DNA of 60,631 nucleotides from Aquificota bacterium (lineage in GTDB: Bacteria; Aquificota; Aquificia; Aquificales; QOAS01). The stretch lies in the NCBI GenBank assembly GCA_013153315.1, contig JAADES010000024.1, positions 1-60,631 on the forward strand. Direction: 5' to 3'. The notes beneath the pieces are model-generated. The model saw only the letters and a list, made by a program, of their open reading frames with translations. It was not told where the DNA came from and made no database searches. Position numbers and translations under genes: made by a program. Below are positions 1 to 8,584 of the stretch, one piece after another; the stretch's first letter is position 1, and each line of letters opens with the position of its first letter.

Positions 1-124
1 TTCGTGGAGGCCCCCGCTCACAATCTTGACTTATCTAACTGCTTTGGAAGTTGCTTCCCATGTCTTTCCCTAATTTCTCACCCAGCGTATAGCTATATGT
101 TAAAGTTTCAAAACATTATTTTCC

Positions 125-568
125 ATGAAAGGTAAAACTTTTTTCTTAAACCTCGCGTTGGAAGAGGCTAAAAAAGCTTTTCACAAAGGAGAAGTTCCGG
201 TAGGTGCGGTAATAACTTTAAATGGAAAGGTTATCTCTAAAAGCCATAATAGGGTAGAGGAATTAAAAGACCCAACAGCCCATGCGGAAATCCTGGCCAT
301 AAGGGAAGCTTCCAAAAAAATAGGCATTAAAGAGCTCCGAAATTGCGAAATTTATATAACTTTGGAACCGTGTCCTATGTGTGCGGGAGCTATTGCTTTA
401 AACGGCTTCAAAAAAATTTATTTTGGAGCTTGGAATATAAAACACGGTGCGGTTGTTTCTAAGTTTTTCCTTTTGGAGGAGTATAAAATTCCTTGGGAAA
501 AGCTTGATTGCAATAGATGCGAAAGACTGCTTAAAGATTTTTTTGAGGAACGGAGAAAGGGTAAATAG
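125..568 (+). CDS. tadA: tRNA-specific adenosine deaminase (CMP/dCMP deaminase fold)
   Basis: The 147-aa ORF has the zinc-deaminase motifs HAEILAI and PCPMCAGA at canonical spacing. The length is typical of TadA. Confidence 0.85.
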   Translation: MKGKTFFLNLALEEAKKAFHKGEVPVGAVITLNGKVISKSHNRVEELKDPTAHAEILAIREASKKIGIKELRNCEIYITLEPCPMCAGAIALNGFKKIYFGAWNIKHGAVVSKFFLLEEYKIPWEKLDCNRCERLLKDFFEERRKGK

Positions 569-644
569 TTATAAAAGCCTTTCTCCGTCCAGCCCTGCAA
601 GCTTTGTGGGCGGGACAGCCCTACTAAGGAATATTGAGGGGAGG

Positions 645-719
645 CGGAGCGGACGGGATTTGAACCCGCGACCTCCGGCTTGACAGGCCGGCGTTCTGAC
701 CGGGCTGAACTACCGCTCC
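645..719 (-). tRNA. tRNA-Asp (anticodon GTC)
   Basis: The reverse complement folds as a 75-nt cloverleaf. The acceptor stem is GGAGCGG/CCGCTCC with discriminator G, the anticodon arm is CCGGC-CTGTCAA-GCCGG, and the T arm is GCGGG-TTCAAAT-CCCGT. CCA is not encoded (CCT follows). Confidence 0.85.
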
Positions 720-736
720 AGCCTCCTTTAATTTAA

Positions 737-812
737 TGGTAGGCGGGACGGGACTCGAACCCGTGACCTCCGGCTTGTAAGGCCAGCGCTCTCCCAACTG
801 AGCTACCCGCCT
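737..812 (-). tRNA. tRNA-Val (anticodon TAC)
   Basis: The reverse complement AGGCGGGTAGCTCAGTTGGGAGAGCGCTGGCCTTACAAGCCGGAGGTCACGGGTTCGAGTCCCGTCCCGCCTACCA folds as a 76-nt cloverleaf. The anticodon loop is CTTACAA and the 3' CCA is encoded. Confidence 0.85.
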
Positions 813-850
813 TCCAGCGCAGGCTTTTACCGGAGCCCGCCAGAATTTTT

Positions 851-879
851 ATTTTAGAATTAAATTCTTACTTCGTCAA
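851..879 (-). promoter_or_regulatory. sigma70-like promoter for the tRNA-Val/tRNA-Asp pair
   Basis: On the minus strand, TTGACG (874-879) is followed by a 17-nt spacer and TAAAAT (851-856). This sits about 35-40 nt upstream of the tRNA-Val 5' end. Confidence 0.45.
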
Positions 880-966
880 GTCTCTTTCTTTTTCTTTTAA
901 GGAACCAACCCACAGTTCGTAAGGATTAATTTAACAAAACCCCCAGTAAGAAATGAATGATAAAAA

Positions 967-1845
967 TTAGCTACTTACAAGGTTTGCATTGGTTATTTCC
1001 TTTATGCGGTTAATAACAGCCTCTATAATCCATTTTGGGGTGGAAGCTCCGGCCGACACTCCGATAGTTTCAGCATTTTTGAACCATTCGGGGTTTAGTT
1101 CTTCGGGAACCTCTATATGGTGGCTGTTGGGATTAAGGCTTTTAGCTATTTTATAAAGGCGGGTGGTATTTCCGCTGTTTTTCCCACCGATGATAATCAT
1201 TACATCCACCTTAGGGGCTAACTCTCTTACCTCTTCCTGTCTAATGGAAGTTGCATTGCAAATGGTGTTTATAACTTTAACTTCGTTAACCCATAAAGCG
1301 GTTTCCCCTACAACCTCTTTAAAGAATTGTTCGTTTTGGGTGGTTTGGGCTATTATCCCGACTTTTGGGTGTTTAAAGGCTTCTTTAAGGTCTTCCAATT
1401 TTTCTACGATAATACCTTTACCGCCCGCATCTTCTAAATAGCCCCATGTTCCTAATACTTCGGGATGGTTTTTTTCGCCCACCAAAACCACAAAGTAGCC
1501 TTCTTTAACAAGTTGAACAACCGCTTCATGCACTGCTTTAACGTAGGGACAAGTGGCATCGACGATTTTAACACCTTTGGCTTTTAAAGCCCTTTCCTTT
1601 TGGGGAGGAATTCCATGGGAACGGAGTATTAAAACGGTATTTTCATCCAATTGATTTTCATCTTCCAAAACATTTATGCCCAACTTTTTTAACCTTCCTA
1701 TTTCTTGAGGGTTGTGTATTAGGGGCCCGTAGGTGTAAACTTTTTTACCCTCTTTGGCGTATTTGCTGGCTTCTTCGGCCAATTCTATAGCCCTTTCAAC
1801 GCCAAAGCAAAAGCCCGCGTGGGGGGCCACTATAATCTTTGCCAT
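967..1845 (-). CDS. ispH: 4-hydroxy-3-methylbut-2-enyl diphosphate reductase (MEP pathway)
   Basis: The 292-aa ORF starts with APHAGFCFGVERAI, typical of the IspH/LytB N-terminus. It also has the conserved Cys-containing segments (ATCPYV, ICNAT). Confidence 0.9.
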   Translation of the reverse strand: MAKIIVAPHAGFCFGVERAIELAEEASKYAKEGKKVYTYGPLIHNPQEIGRLKKLGINVLEDENQLDENTVLILRSHGIPPQKERALKAKGVKIVDATCPYVKAVHEAVVQLVKEGYFVVLVGEKNHPEVLGTWGYLEDAGGKGIIVEKLEDLKEAFKHPKVGIIAQTTQNEQFFKEVVGETALWVNEVKVINTICNATSIRQEEVRELAPKVDVMIIIGGKNSGNTTRLYKIAKSLNPNSHHIEVPEELNPEWFKNAETIGVSAGASTPKWIIEAVINRIKEITNANLVSS

Positions 1846-1924
1846 TGGCCGATAAAGTTTAAAAAATTTTTAAATCCTTTGTTAGGTTTTTTCTCACTTT
1901 AAACTAAGAGAGGAGAAAAAATAA

Positions 1925-2689
1925 ATGAACCCCAAAAAGGAAGAGAAAACTATATTGTTGGTAAATGACGACGGATATTTTTCCGAAGGTATTTTGACCC
2001 TTCAAAGTTTCTTAAAAAAATATTTTTCAAAGGTTATTATTGTTGCCCCCGATAGGAACTTAAGCGGTGCGGGACATGCTTTAACTTTTACCAAACCTTT
2101 GAGAATTAGGGAAGTTGACGAGGATATTTTTACCGTCATCGAGGGAACCCCCGCCGACTGTGTTCATTTGGGGGTGGGGGTGGTTTTGGGGGGTAAAAAA
2201 CCCGACCTGGTAATTTCGGGAATAAATCAAGGCCCCAACCTCGGAGAGGATATTACCTATTCGGGAACAGTAGCGGGGGCTATGGAAGGTTGCATTTTAG
2301 GAATTCCTTCTGTAGCGGTTTCCCTTTTTGCACGGGAAGATTTTCTATTCGAAGAAGCTTCCAAGGTGGTTTTGGATTTAATTCAACCTATCCTTAAAAA
2401 GGGTTTGGAAAAAAATACCTACCTAAATGTGAATATTCCGAATATCTACTACGAGGAAATAAAGGCTTACGCTATAACCCGTCAGGGGCATAGAAATTAC
2501 AAAGAAACCGTTATCCGTTACCGAGACCCTTACGGAAAACCTATTTATTGGATTGCCGCAACCCAGTTTAATTGGAGTGCCGAGCCGTGGAGCGATTTCT
2601 GGGCTATAAAAAATGGTTTTGTCTCTATAACCCCTTTGGATTTAGATTTAACCAACCCCATAGTTAGAAAGGGAATAGCTATCCTCTGA
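1925..2689 (+). CDS. surE: 5'/3'-nucleotidase SurE
   Basis: The 254-aa ORF has the N-terminal ILLVNDDGYFSEGI motif and the GINQGPNLGEDITYSGTVAGAMEG segment characteristic of SurE. Confidence 0.9.
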   Translation: MNPKKEEKTILLVNDDGYFSEGILTLQSFLKKYFSKVIIVAPDRNLSGAGHALTFTKPLRIREVDEDIFTVIEGTPADCVHLGVGVVLGGKKPDLVISGINQGPNLGEDITYSGTVAGAMEGCILGIPSVAVSLFAREDFLFEEASKVVLDLIQPILKKGLEKNTYLNVNIPNIYYEEIKAYAITRQGHRNYKETVIRYRDPYGKPIYWIAATQFNWSAEPWSDFWAIKNGFVSITPLDLDLTNPIVRKGIAIL

Positions 2690-2724
2690 AAGGAAAAGGA
2701 AAGGAATTAAATTTAAAACCCGCT

Positions 2725-3789
2725 ATGGAACTCCTTATAGATAAAACCCTCAAGGAGTTAAGAGAGTGGGCTATAAAAAATAACCTCGAAAGGTTCCGTG
2801 CCGACCAGATATACCAATGGATGTTCAAAAAGTGGGAAGATGACCCTGCCAAGATGACTAACTTATCCAAAGAACTCCGCACTTGGTTAAAAGAAAATGC
2901 TAAATTCCACACTTTGGAAAAAATCGATAAAGTAGAAGCCCCTGACAGTGTGAAATATCTATTCAAAACCGACGATGGGTATTTGGTAGAAACCGTCCTA
3001 ATAAAGGAAAAAGACCATTGGACTCTGTGCGTGTCCACTCAAATAGGGTGCAATGTGGGGTGTAAATTCTGTGCCACCGCAAAGGACGGATTAATAAGAA
3101 ACTTGACGGTGGGGGAAATAATAGACCAACTCTTTTGGGTTCAGAAAGATATAAAAGACCTTCCCAAGCCGTGGAACAAGGTTAGGAACATCGTCTTTAT
3201 GGGAATGGGTGAACCTTTGGCCAACTTCAACAACCTCAAAAAGGCGGTGGAAATTCTTATCGACCAAAAGGGTATAGATATCTCCAAAAGACGCCTAACA
3301 ATATCTTCCAGCGGAATACTCTACCAGTTGCGGAAAATGGCCAACGATGAAGTTTTAAGGAATGTAAACTTGGCCATTTCTCTGAATGCACCCAACCAAA
3401 AAATCCGCGAAGAGATTATGCCTATAACCAAAACCAACCCATTCAACGAGCTTTGGAATCTGTTGGTTAACTACCCCCTGCCCGAAGGAAGGAAAATAAC
3501 CTTAGAGTATGTCCTCATAAAGGACATTAACGACCAAATAGACCATGCCAAAGAGCTGGCCAAACTTATAAAACCCCACCGAAAGAGGTTTAAAGTGAAT
3601 TTAATTCCCTACAACCCTTCGCCCATTCTGCCCTACGAGCGTCCGCCCCAAGAGAGGATTTATGCCTTTCAAAAGGTTTTATTGGACAACGCCATTATAG
3701 CAACTATCCGTTGGAGCAAAGGCCAAGATGTTTTCGGTGCCTGCGGTCAGCTAAGGGCTAAAAGGGAAATACCGCTTTTGAACAATTAA
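2725..3789 (+). CDS. rlmN: 23S rRNA (adenine2503-C2)-methyltransferase, radical SAM
   Basis: The 354-aa ORF has the radical-SAM cluster motif GCNVGCKFCAT. The N-terminal FRADQIYQW segment and the C-terminal GACGQL are typical of RlmN. Confidence 0.9.
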   Translation: MELLIDKTLKELREWAIKNNLERFRADQIYQWMFKKWEDDPAKMTNLSKELRTWLKENAKFHTLEKIDKVEAPDSVKYLFKTDDGYLVETVLIKEKDHWTLCVSTQIGCNVGCKFCATAKDGLIRNLTVGEIIDQLFWVQKDIKDLPKPWNKVRNIVFMGMGEPLANFNNLKKAVEILIDQKGIDISKRRLTISSSGILYQLRKMANDEVLRNVNLAISLNAPNQKIREEIMPITKTNPFNELWNLLVNYPLPEGRKITLEYVLIKDINDQIDHAKELAKLIKPHRKRFKVNLIPYNPSPILPYERPPQERIYAFQKVLLDNAIIATIRWSKGQDVFGACGQLRAKREIPLLNN

Positions 3790-4145
3790 CTTTTTCCAAA
3801 GATTAACTCTTCCAACTTTTCCACCTCTTTAACTCCAAAGCTTTTGAACCGTTCGCGGAAGCTTTCTTCAACTTCTATATTTGATTGCTCCAAAAGCCGT
3901 TTTAGTTTTTTAAAAATCTTTTCCCCTTGGGGGTCTATATCGACCAGAAGAACCACCCGTTGGACATTTTCGGGAATTTCCTCTATAAAGTCGAAATAAT
4001 TCTTTCCCGAAAGGGTTAGAACATTTTTAATTCCAAAACGGGACAAAAGTTGTTTATCTCTTTTTCCTTCCACTATTATTGGAACGTTTTTTGAAATTTT
4101 CCTTAAATCGGTTAGGAATTTGTATATCTCCTGCGAAAGGTTCAT
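3786..4145 (-). CDS. small Toprim-domain protein (RNase M5-like/primase-like fold)
   Basis: The 119-aa ORF has the Toprim signatures IIVEGKRD (catalytic Glu) and LLVDIDPQGE (DxD). It overlaps the rlmN stop by 4 nt, convergently. Confidence 0.6.
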   Translation of the reverse strand: MNLSQEIYKFLTDLRKISKNVPIIVEGKRDKQLLSRFGIKNVLTLSGKNYFDFIEEIPENVQRVVLLVDIDPQGEKIFKKLKRLLEQSNIEVEESFRERFKSFGVKEVEKLEELIFGKS

Positions 4146-4149
4146 CTAA

Positions 4150-5046
4150 TTACGGTTTTAGTTCGAATTTAAAGAACTGTAAAGGGTCTACCGCTATATC
4201 CCGCAAATAAACCCCAAAGTGCAAATGGGGGCCCGTGGAACGCCCGGTTGAGCCGACTTTTCCTATAATTTGTCCTTGCCTTACAAACTCACCTTTTTTA
4301 ACAAAAATCTTTGATAGGTGGGCGTAAAGGGTCATAAGACCTTCGCCGTGGTCGATAATGACGGTGTTTCCTGTTAGGATAAGTTTCCGAGCTAAGACAA
4401 TTTTCCCCGATAGGGAAGCCCTAACGGGGGTGCCGTAGGGGGCGGCTATATCCACGCCTTTGTGAAACCCCACAAAACGGCCGTTTACATATCTCTTAAC
4501 CCCAAAGGGTGAAGAAATTCTAAATTTTCCCTCCAAAGGGAAAATAGCCCTATTTTCATAAAACCTTTGAAAGGTTATCTTTCTCAGCGTTCTCCTTATC
4601 AGGGAATACTGAATAGAAATTTCCTTTCGGAGGTTATTCTTTTTTCCATCATTGTTTGGATTTTTTTTTATCTCTATTTTCGATACGCCCCCTTTGAAAG
4701 GTTTTATGTAAAAACTACCCTCCCATAGGGTGGAATTGTTTTCCCCCTTAAGGGCGTAGTTAATTTTTCCGTGCCAGTAGTAGGGAACGGCAAATAAAAG
4801 ATAGTCCAATTTAGGATTTAGGTTTTTATAGAAAAAGCGAAGGTGTTTTTTTCCTTGGGAAAGTAGAAGGGTATATTCCCAATGTGGGTTCAAACCTCTG
4901 CATATAAGTTTACCCAATTGGGCGGAGCTCTTGGGGGCTTCCAATTGGCAGGAAAGGCGGTCGCTAAACTTAAGAGATGATTGGGGAAAGGCCGGGCTTA
5001 TAAAGGGGAAGGCAAGGATGAAGGTAAGCAGCGACTTAAAAAGCAT
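4150..5046 (-). CDS. M23/LytM family metallopeptidase
   Basis: The 298-aa ORF has an N-terminal hydrophobic signal. The HKGVDIAAPYGTPV and GSTGRSTGPHLHFGV motifs are the M23 zinc ligands. Confidence 0.85.
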   Translation of the reverse strand: MLFKSLLTFILAFPFISPAFPQSSLKFSDRLSCQLEAPKSSAQLGKLICRGLNPHWEYTLLLSQGKKHLRFFYKNLNPKLDYLLFAVPYYWHGKINYALKGENNSTLWEGSFYIKPFKGGVSKIEIKKNPNNDGKKNNLRKEISIQYSLIRRTLRKITFQRFYENRAIFPLEGKFRISSPFGVKRYVNGRFVGFHKGVDIAAPYGTPVRASLSGKIVLARKLILTGNTVIIDHGEGLMTLYAHLSKIFVKKGEFVRQGQIIGKVGSTGRSTGPHLHFGVYLRDIAVDPLQFFKFELKP

Positions 5047-5059
5047 CTATTTAATTTAA

Positions 5060-6304
5060 TTAAAAGCTTCGGCTGAAACTGTAAGTTAACATTAACCAAG
5101 CTTTTGTAGTGTCTTTATCACCGACACCTGCGTTTTTAGCCTCGGAATTGGCATTGTATTTAGCATATTTGGCCACCACCGAAAGGTTTTTGGTTATTTT
5201 TTTCGCCCAAAGAAGGTCTATTTCATTTCCGAATTTATTACCACCGCCGGGGAAGTCCTTAGGGGCTGTAAATTTGTGGAAAACACCTTCAAATTTACCG
5301 AATTTTGCATGGTTATAACCCAAAGTTAGGTAGAGGTCATTTAAACCGTAGGTATTTGTTGCGGCGGTGTATTTTAAAAAGACATCGGCCCAACCGTTAA
5401 AGGCGTGGAGGGTGGCCAGGGGTGTAACAAAATACCTACCTAAATGCTCATAGCCGATATTAGCAAAGGGCTTTCCGTAAGGTGTAACAAAGGTCGAGCC
5501 TAATTTAAGATGGTAATAATTGGCGGTATCGTAAATATTTGCCGCATCGTTGTGAACAATTTCGTGGGCGTATTCGGCCCAGTAGTTTAGAGAAACACCT
5601 TTTAAGGAGAAATCGCCGTGAATATTTCCGCCGTAGGCATCGGCCACATCGTTAAAGTGGTAGGCATACAGAGAGGTTTTTAGAGGTTTCAAGCCATTAT
5701 AGCTTAGATGGAAGAGCGCAGAATGGTTTATAGGCTGATTCTTACAAGGGTCGGTGGAAAGTTTGTCCAGAACTGCTTGACGAGAACAGATGTAGGCGGT
5801 GGTAAAGGTTAGGTTCTGCAACAGATTAACATCCAAACGTGCCGCGTCGAAGGTTTGGGGTGTCTGCCTCCAATTAACGGCACCTATAAACCTTTGGTTA
5901 TCCAAGTTAATAACCTGCCTACCTAACTTTAACTTAAGGGGTTGGTATTGAAAACCGACCCAAAACTGGGTAAATCTGAATTGAGGCTCGTCGGCCACAA
6001 ACTCGTATCCCGAAGAGACAGGAGAATATCGGTCTGTGTAGGCTACAACAAGCGTATTTTCAATGTAAAAGGTCAGAGGTTTATAGTCAACTTCGAAACC
6101 CAAACGGGCACGAACTGTTCCTGCATTGGCGGTTTTAAGTCCATCGTTCTCTATATCAACATACTCCCAACGGGGCCTTAATTCAAAAATAACCTTTTTT
6201 TGGAGGGAGTTATTTTGTTCCTGGGCCTGGAGAGCCTGAACTCCTACCCCCGTTTGGAAAAGAGCTAAGGCCACTATCAATGGTCTGGAAATTTTTTTTA
6301 ACAT
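5060..6304 (-). CDS. outer-membrane beta-barrel protein (putative porin)
   Basis: The 414-aa ORF has a signal peptide (ALALFQTGVGVQALQA) and alternating aromatic/polar beta-strand patterning. It ends in the C-terminal sequence YSFSRSF, with a terminal Phe typical of OMPs. Confidence 0.55.
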   Translation of the reverse strand: MLKKISRPLIVALALFQTGVGVQALQAQEQNNSLQKKVIFELRPRWEYVDIENDGLKTANAGTVRARLGFEVDYKPLTFYIENTLVVAYTDRYSPVSSGYEFVADEPQFRFTQFWVGFQYQPLKLKLGRQVINLDNQRFIGAVNWRQTPQTFDAARLDVNLLQNLTFTTAYICSRQAVLDKLSTDPCKNQPINHSALFHLSYNGLKPLKTSLYAYHFNDVADAYGGNIHGDFSLKGVSLNYWAEYAHEIVHNDAANIYDTANYYHLKLGSTFVTPYGKPFANIGYEHLGRYFVTPLATLHAFNGWADVFLKYTAATNTYGLNDLYLTLGYNHAKFGKFEGVFHKFTAPKDFPGGGNKFGNEIDLLWAKKITKNLSVVAKYAKYNANSEAKNAGVGDKDTTKAWLMLTYSFSRSF

Positions 6305-6408
6305 AGTAAGTATTAAATTAGATAATAAACCTCAGGAAATTACAAGAAAATTCAACTTTAGGAATATAAAAATTTTTCTATATTCAATTTTTGCGATAAT
6401 AAGGTCGC

Positions 6409-7398
6409 ATGCTCAAAAAACCGAAAATATCGGTAATCGGTAGCGGTAAAGTTGGGGAAAATGTAGCCTACTACACCGCTATAAAAGGTTTGGGCGATAT
6501 CTATCTATTTGGAAGGGCTAAGAACGGCATTCACAAAGCCAAGGGTATCGCTTACGACATAAACGAAATGGTTTATCTTTTGGGCCACGATATAAAAGTG
6601 GAAGGGGTATCCTACAACGAGGAAGGCTGGGAAAAGTTGAGCGACAGCGATATAGTGGTTATCACCGCCGGAGTTCCCCGCCGTCCCGGAATGAGCCGCG
6701 AAGACCTATTAAAAGTTAATCTCGACTTAATTAAATACTTTTCCGAGCAAATAAAAAAATATGCCCCCAACGCTATAGTCATTGTGGTTTCTAACCCGGT
6801 CGATGTTCTTACCTATATGACGCTGAAGTTTACCGAATTCCCCAAGGAAAGGGTTATGGGTATGGCGGGGGTATTGGACACCGCCCGCATGAAGGAGGTT
6901 CTATATAAAAAGGCCGAAGAGGAGCTAAATAAAGTTTCGATTAAAGATATCAAAGCTTTAGTTTTGGGAACCCACGGTGATACCATGGTGCCCGTTTTAT
7001 CCAAAACCTTTATAGGAAATACCAACATAAGGTTCCTCTTTGGTAAAAAGGACATAGAAGATATAGTTGAGAAAACCAAAAAGGGTGGGGGAATTATAGT
7101 CTCCTACATGGGAACCAGTGCTTACAGTGCACCCGCCGCCAGTGTGGTGGTTATGTTGGAAAGTATCGTTAAAGACCTCCACCGAATACTGCCGGCCTCC
7201 GTATACGTTGAAGGAGAGGTTGCCGATTGGTTCGGCTTTGAAGACGTATGCGTTGGCCTGCCCGTTATGTTGGGTAGAAAGGGAATAGAGGACTACGAGC
7301 TGGTCACATTAAACGCCCGCGAGCTTAGGGAACTCCAAAAGTCCGCCCAACATGTTAAAAATATGATTAAGGTAGCCGAAAGTCTAATTTCCCAATAA
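6409..7398 (+). CDS. mdh: malate dehydrogenase (LDH-like family)
   Basis: The 329-aa ORF has the Rossmann motif VIGSGKVG, the substrate loop AGVPRRPGMSREDLL with Arg at the MDH-discriminating position, and GVLDTARM. Confidence 0.85.
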   Translation: MLKKPKISVIGSGKVGENVAYYTAIKGLGDIYLFGRAKNGIHKAKGIAYDINEMVYLLGHDIKVEGVSYNEEGWEKLSDSDIVVITAGVPRRPGMSREDLLKVNLDLIKYFSEQIKKYAPNAIVIVVSNPVDVLTYMTLKFTEFPKERVMGMAGVLDTARMKEVLYKKAEEELNKVSIKDIKALVLGTHGDTMVPVLSKTFIGNTNIRFLFGKKDIEDIVEKTKKGGGIIVSYMGTSAYSAPAASVVVMLESIVKDLHRILPASVYVEGEVADWFGFEDVCVGLPVMLGRKGIEDYELVTLNARELRELQKSAQHVKNMIKVAESLISQ

Positions 7399-7437
7399 GG
7401 CCCTTCTTTACTATTTTTTTTCTAACTTTAAAACTTC

Positions 7438-8184
7438 ATGGGAAGTTGGAAAAAAGTAACAACCCTATTAGGTCTCTCTTTAGCAACTCTCTCCTTTGCG
7501 GGAGGAATTTATGCCCAAGGAACTAAGTTCGGTGAACTAATAAAAATCTCCTTTAAAGGGGAAGGTAAAGAAAAGGTCTATGAAGGTTATTTGGAGCTAC
7601 CGTCGGGAGAAATTTGGAAATTTAACACCCTTAGCGGGGAAGCCGTTAGAAATTTAACCGCCTTTGTAAGAGTTGACTATGTTCAACCCGAAAAAGAAGA
7701 ACCGGCCTTTAAAGGGGCTACAACACCTTATAACGCAGTAAGGTTTACAGCCGTAAGAAAATTTCACCTAAAAAAGGTTTACACCCTACCTGCAGACCGC
7801 GTTAGGAGGTTTATAGAGGAGGGCTACAATTATTCCCGCGGCTTTAGATGTGGAAGGGTTCAGGATATTTCTATTAAGGAATTTAAAACCGGCTGGTTCA
7901 GTCACAAAAAGGCTATGCAAATCCATTTAGCGTTAACCAACATTTATGGTCTCCCCGCGGTGGACCAAAAAGGTCAACCCATTGTTTGGAAAGCAATAAT
8001 TCCCTCAAACCAAAATAAGGAAGGGTTTTTTGAAACCTTCGAAGAGGGAAGAAGGGAGGATTTATATAACGTTCTTTTAACCCGTATGGGGAAATTCGTA
8101 TGCATCGAATACATTCAAAGGGAACCCAACCCGGAAGACCCTTTCAATTATCGCGTTATAGGAGTTTTTGAAGTTTCCCGATAA
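7438..8184 (+). CDS. hypothetical secreted protein
   Basis: The 248-aa ORF has a signal peptide (LLGLSLATLSFAGGIYAQG). I recognise no family motif. Confidence 0.6.
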   Translation: MGSWKKVTTLLGLSLATLSFAGGIYAQGTKFGELIKISFKGEGKEKVYEGYLELPSGEIWKFNTLSGEAVRNLTAFVRVDYVQPEKEEPAFKGATTPYNAVRFTAVRKFHLKKVYTLPADRVRRFIEEGYNYSRGFRCGRVQDISIKEFKTGWFSHKKAMQIHLALTNIYGLPAVDQKGQPIVWKAIIPSNQNKEGFFETFEEGRREDLYNVLLTRMGKFVCIEYIQREPNPEDPFNYRVIGVFEVSR

Positions 8185-8195
8185 GGTTATTTTTT

Positions 8196-8582
8196 ATGAA
8201 AATTCCCAAACACTTTTTGGAAGAAAGGCCCCGTTTAGAAGTAGTTCCCATAGTGGACGTTTTGCTGGCCGTTTTCCTCTTTTTGGCAATTATCGCCTTT
8301 AAAAGCGAATACGTTTCCGTTTTTGTTCAACTGCCCCAAGGGGAAGGTCAGCAGGCAAATTTAAAAATTGTCAAGATTACGATGGATAAAGAGGGAAAGA
8401 TATACATCGAGGGAAAAAAATACACCCTCGACCAACTAAAGGAGTATTTAAAAAAGAAAACCACTTTGGTGGTTAATGTGTTGGCGGATAAGGAAACCCC
8501 CTATAAGTATGTAGCTCAATTGCTAGCCATCCTCCAAAAGGAAGGTATTACCAACGTCAACCTTATTTTGAAAAAACAATAA
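8196..8582 (+). CDS. ExbD/TolR family biopolymer transport protein
   Basis: The 128-aa ORF has one N-terminal TM segment preceded by the VVPIVDVLLAVFLFL pattern. The periplasmic domain has ExbD/TolR length and layout. Confidence 0.7.
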   Translation: MKIPKHFLEERPRLEVVPIVDVLLAVFLFLAIIAFKSEYVSVFVQLPQGEGQQANLKIVKITMDKEGKIYIEGKKYTLDQLKEYLKKKTTLVVNVLADKETPYKYVAQLLAILQKEGITNVNLILKKQ

Positions 8583-8584
8583 TT

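Noticed and set aside
1-124. Possible 3' end of an RNA gene or partial CDS at the left edge
   Set aside because: I found no tRNA-like or rRNA-like structure and no convincing coding frame. It is treated as an intergenic or promoter region for tadA.
568-644. Imperfect hairpin (GTCCAGCCC ... GGGCGGGAC) between tadA and tRNA-Asp as a bidirectional terminator
   Set aside because: The stem has a mismatch and a 12-nt loop, and there is no clean T-run on either strand. That is too weak to annotate.
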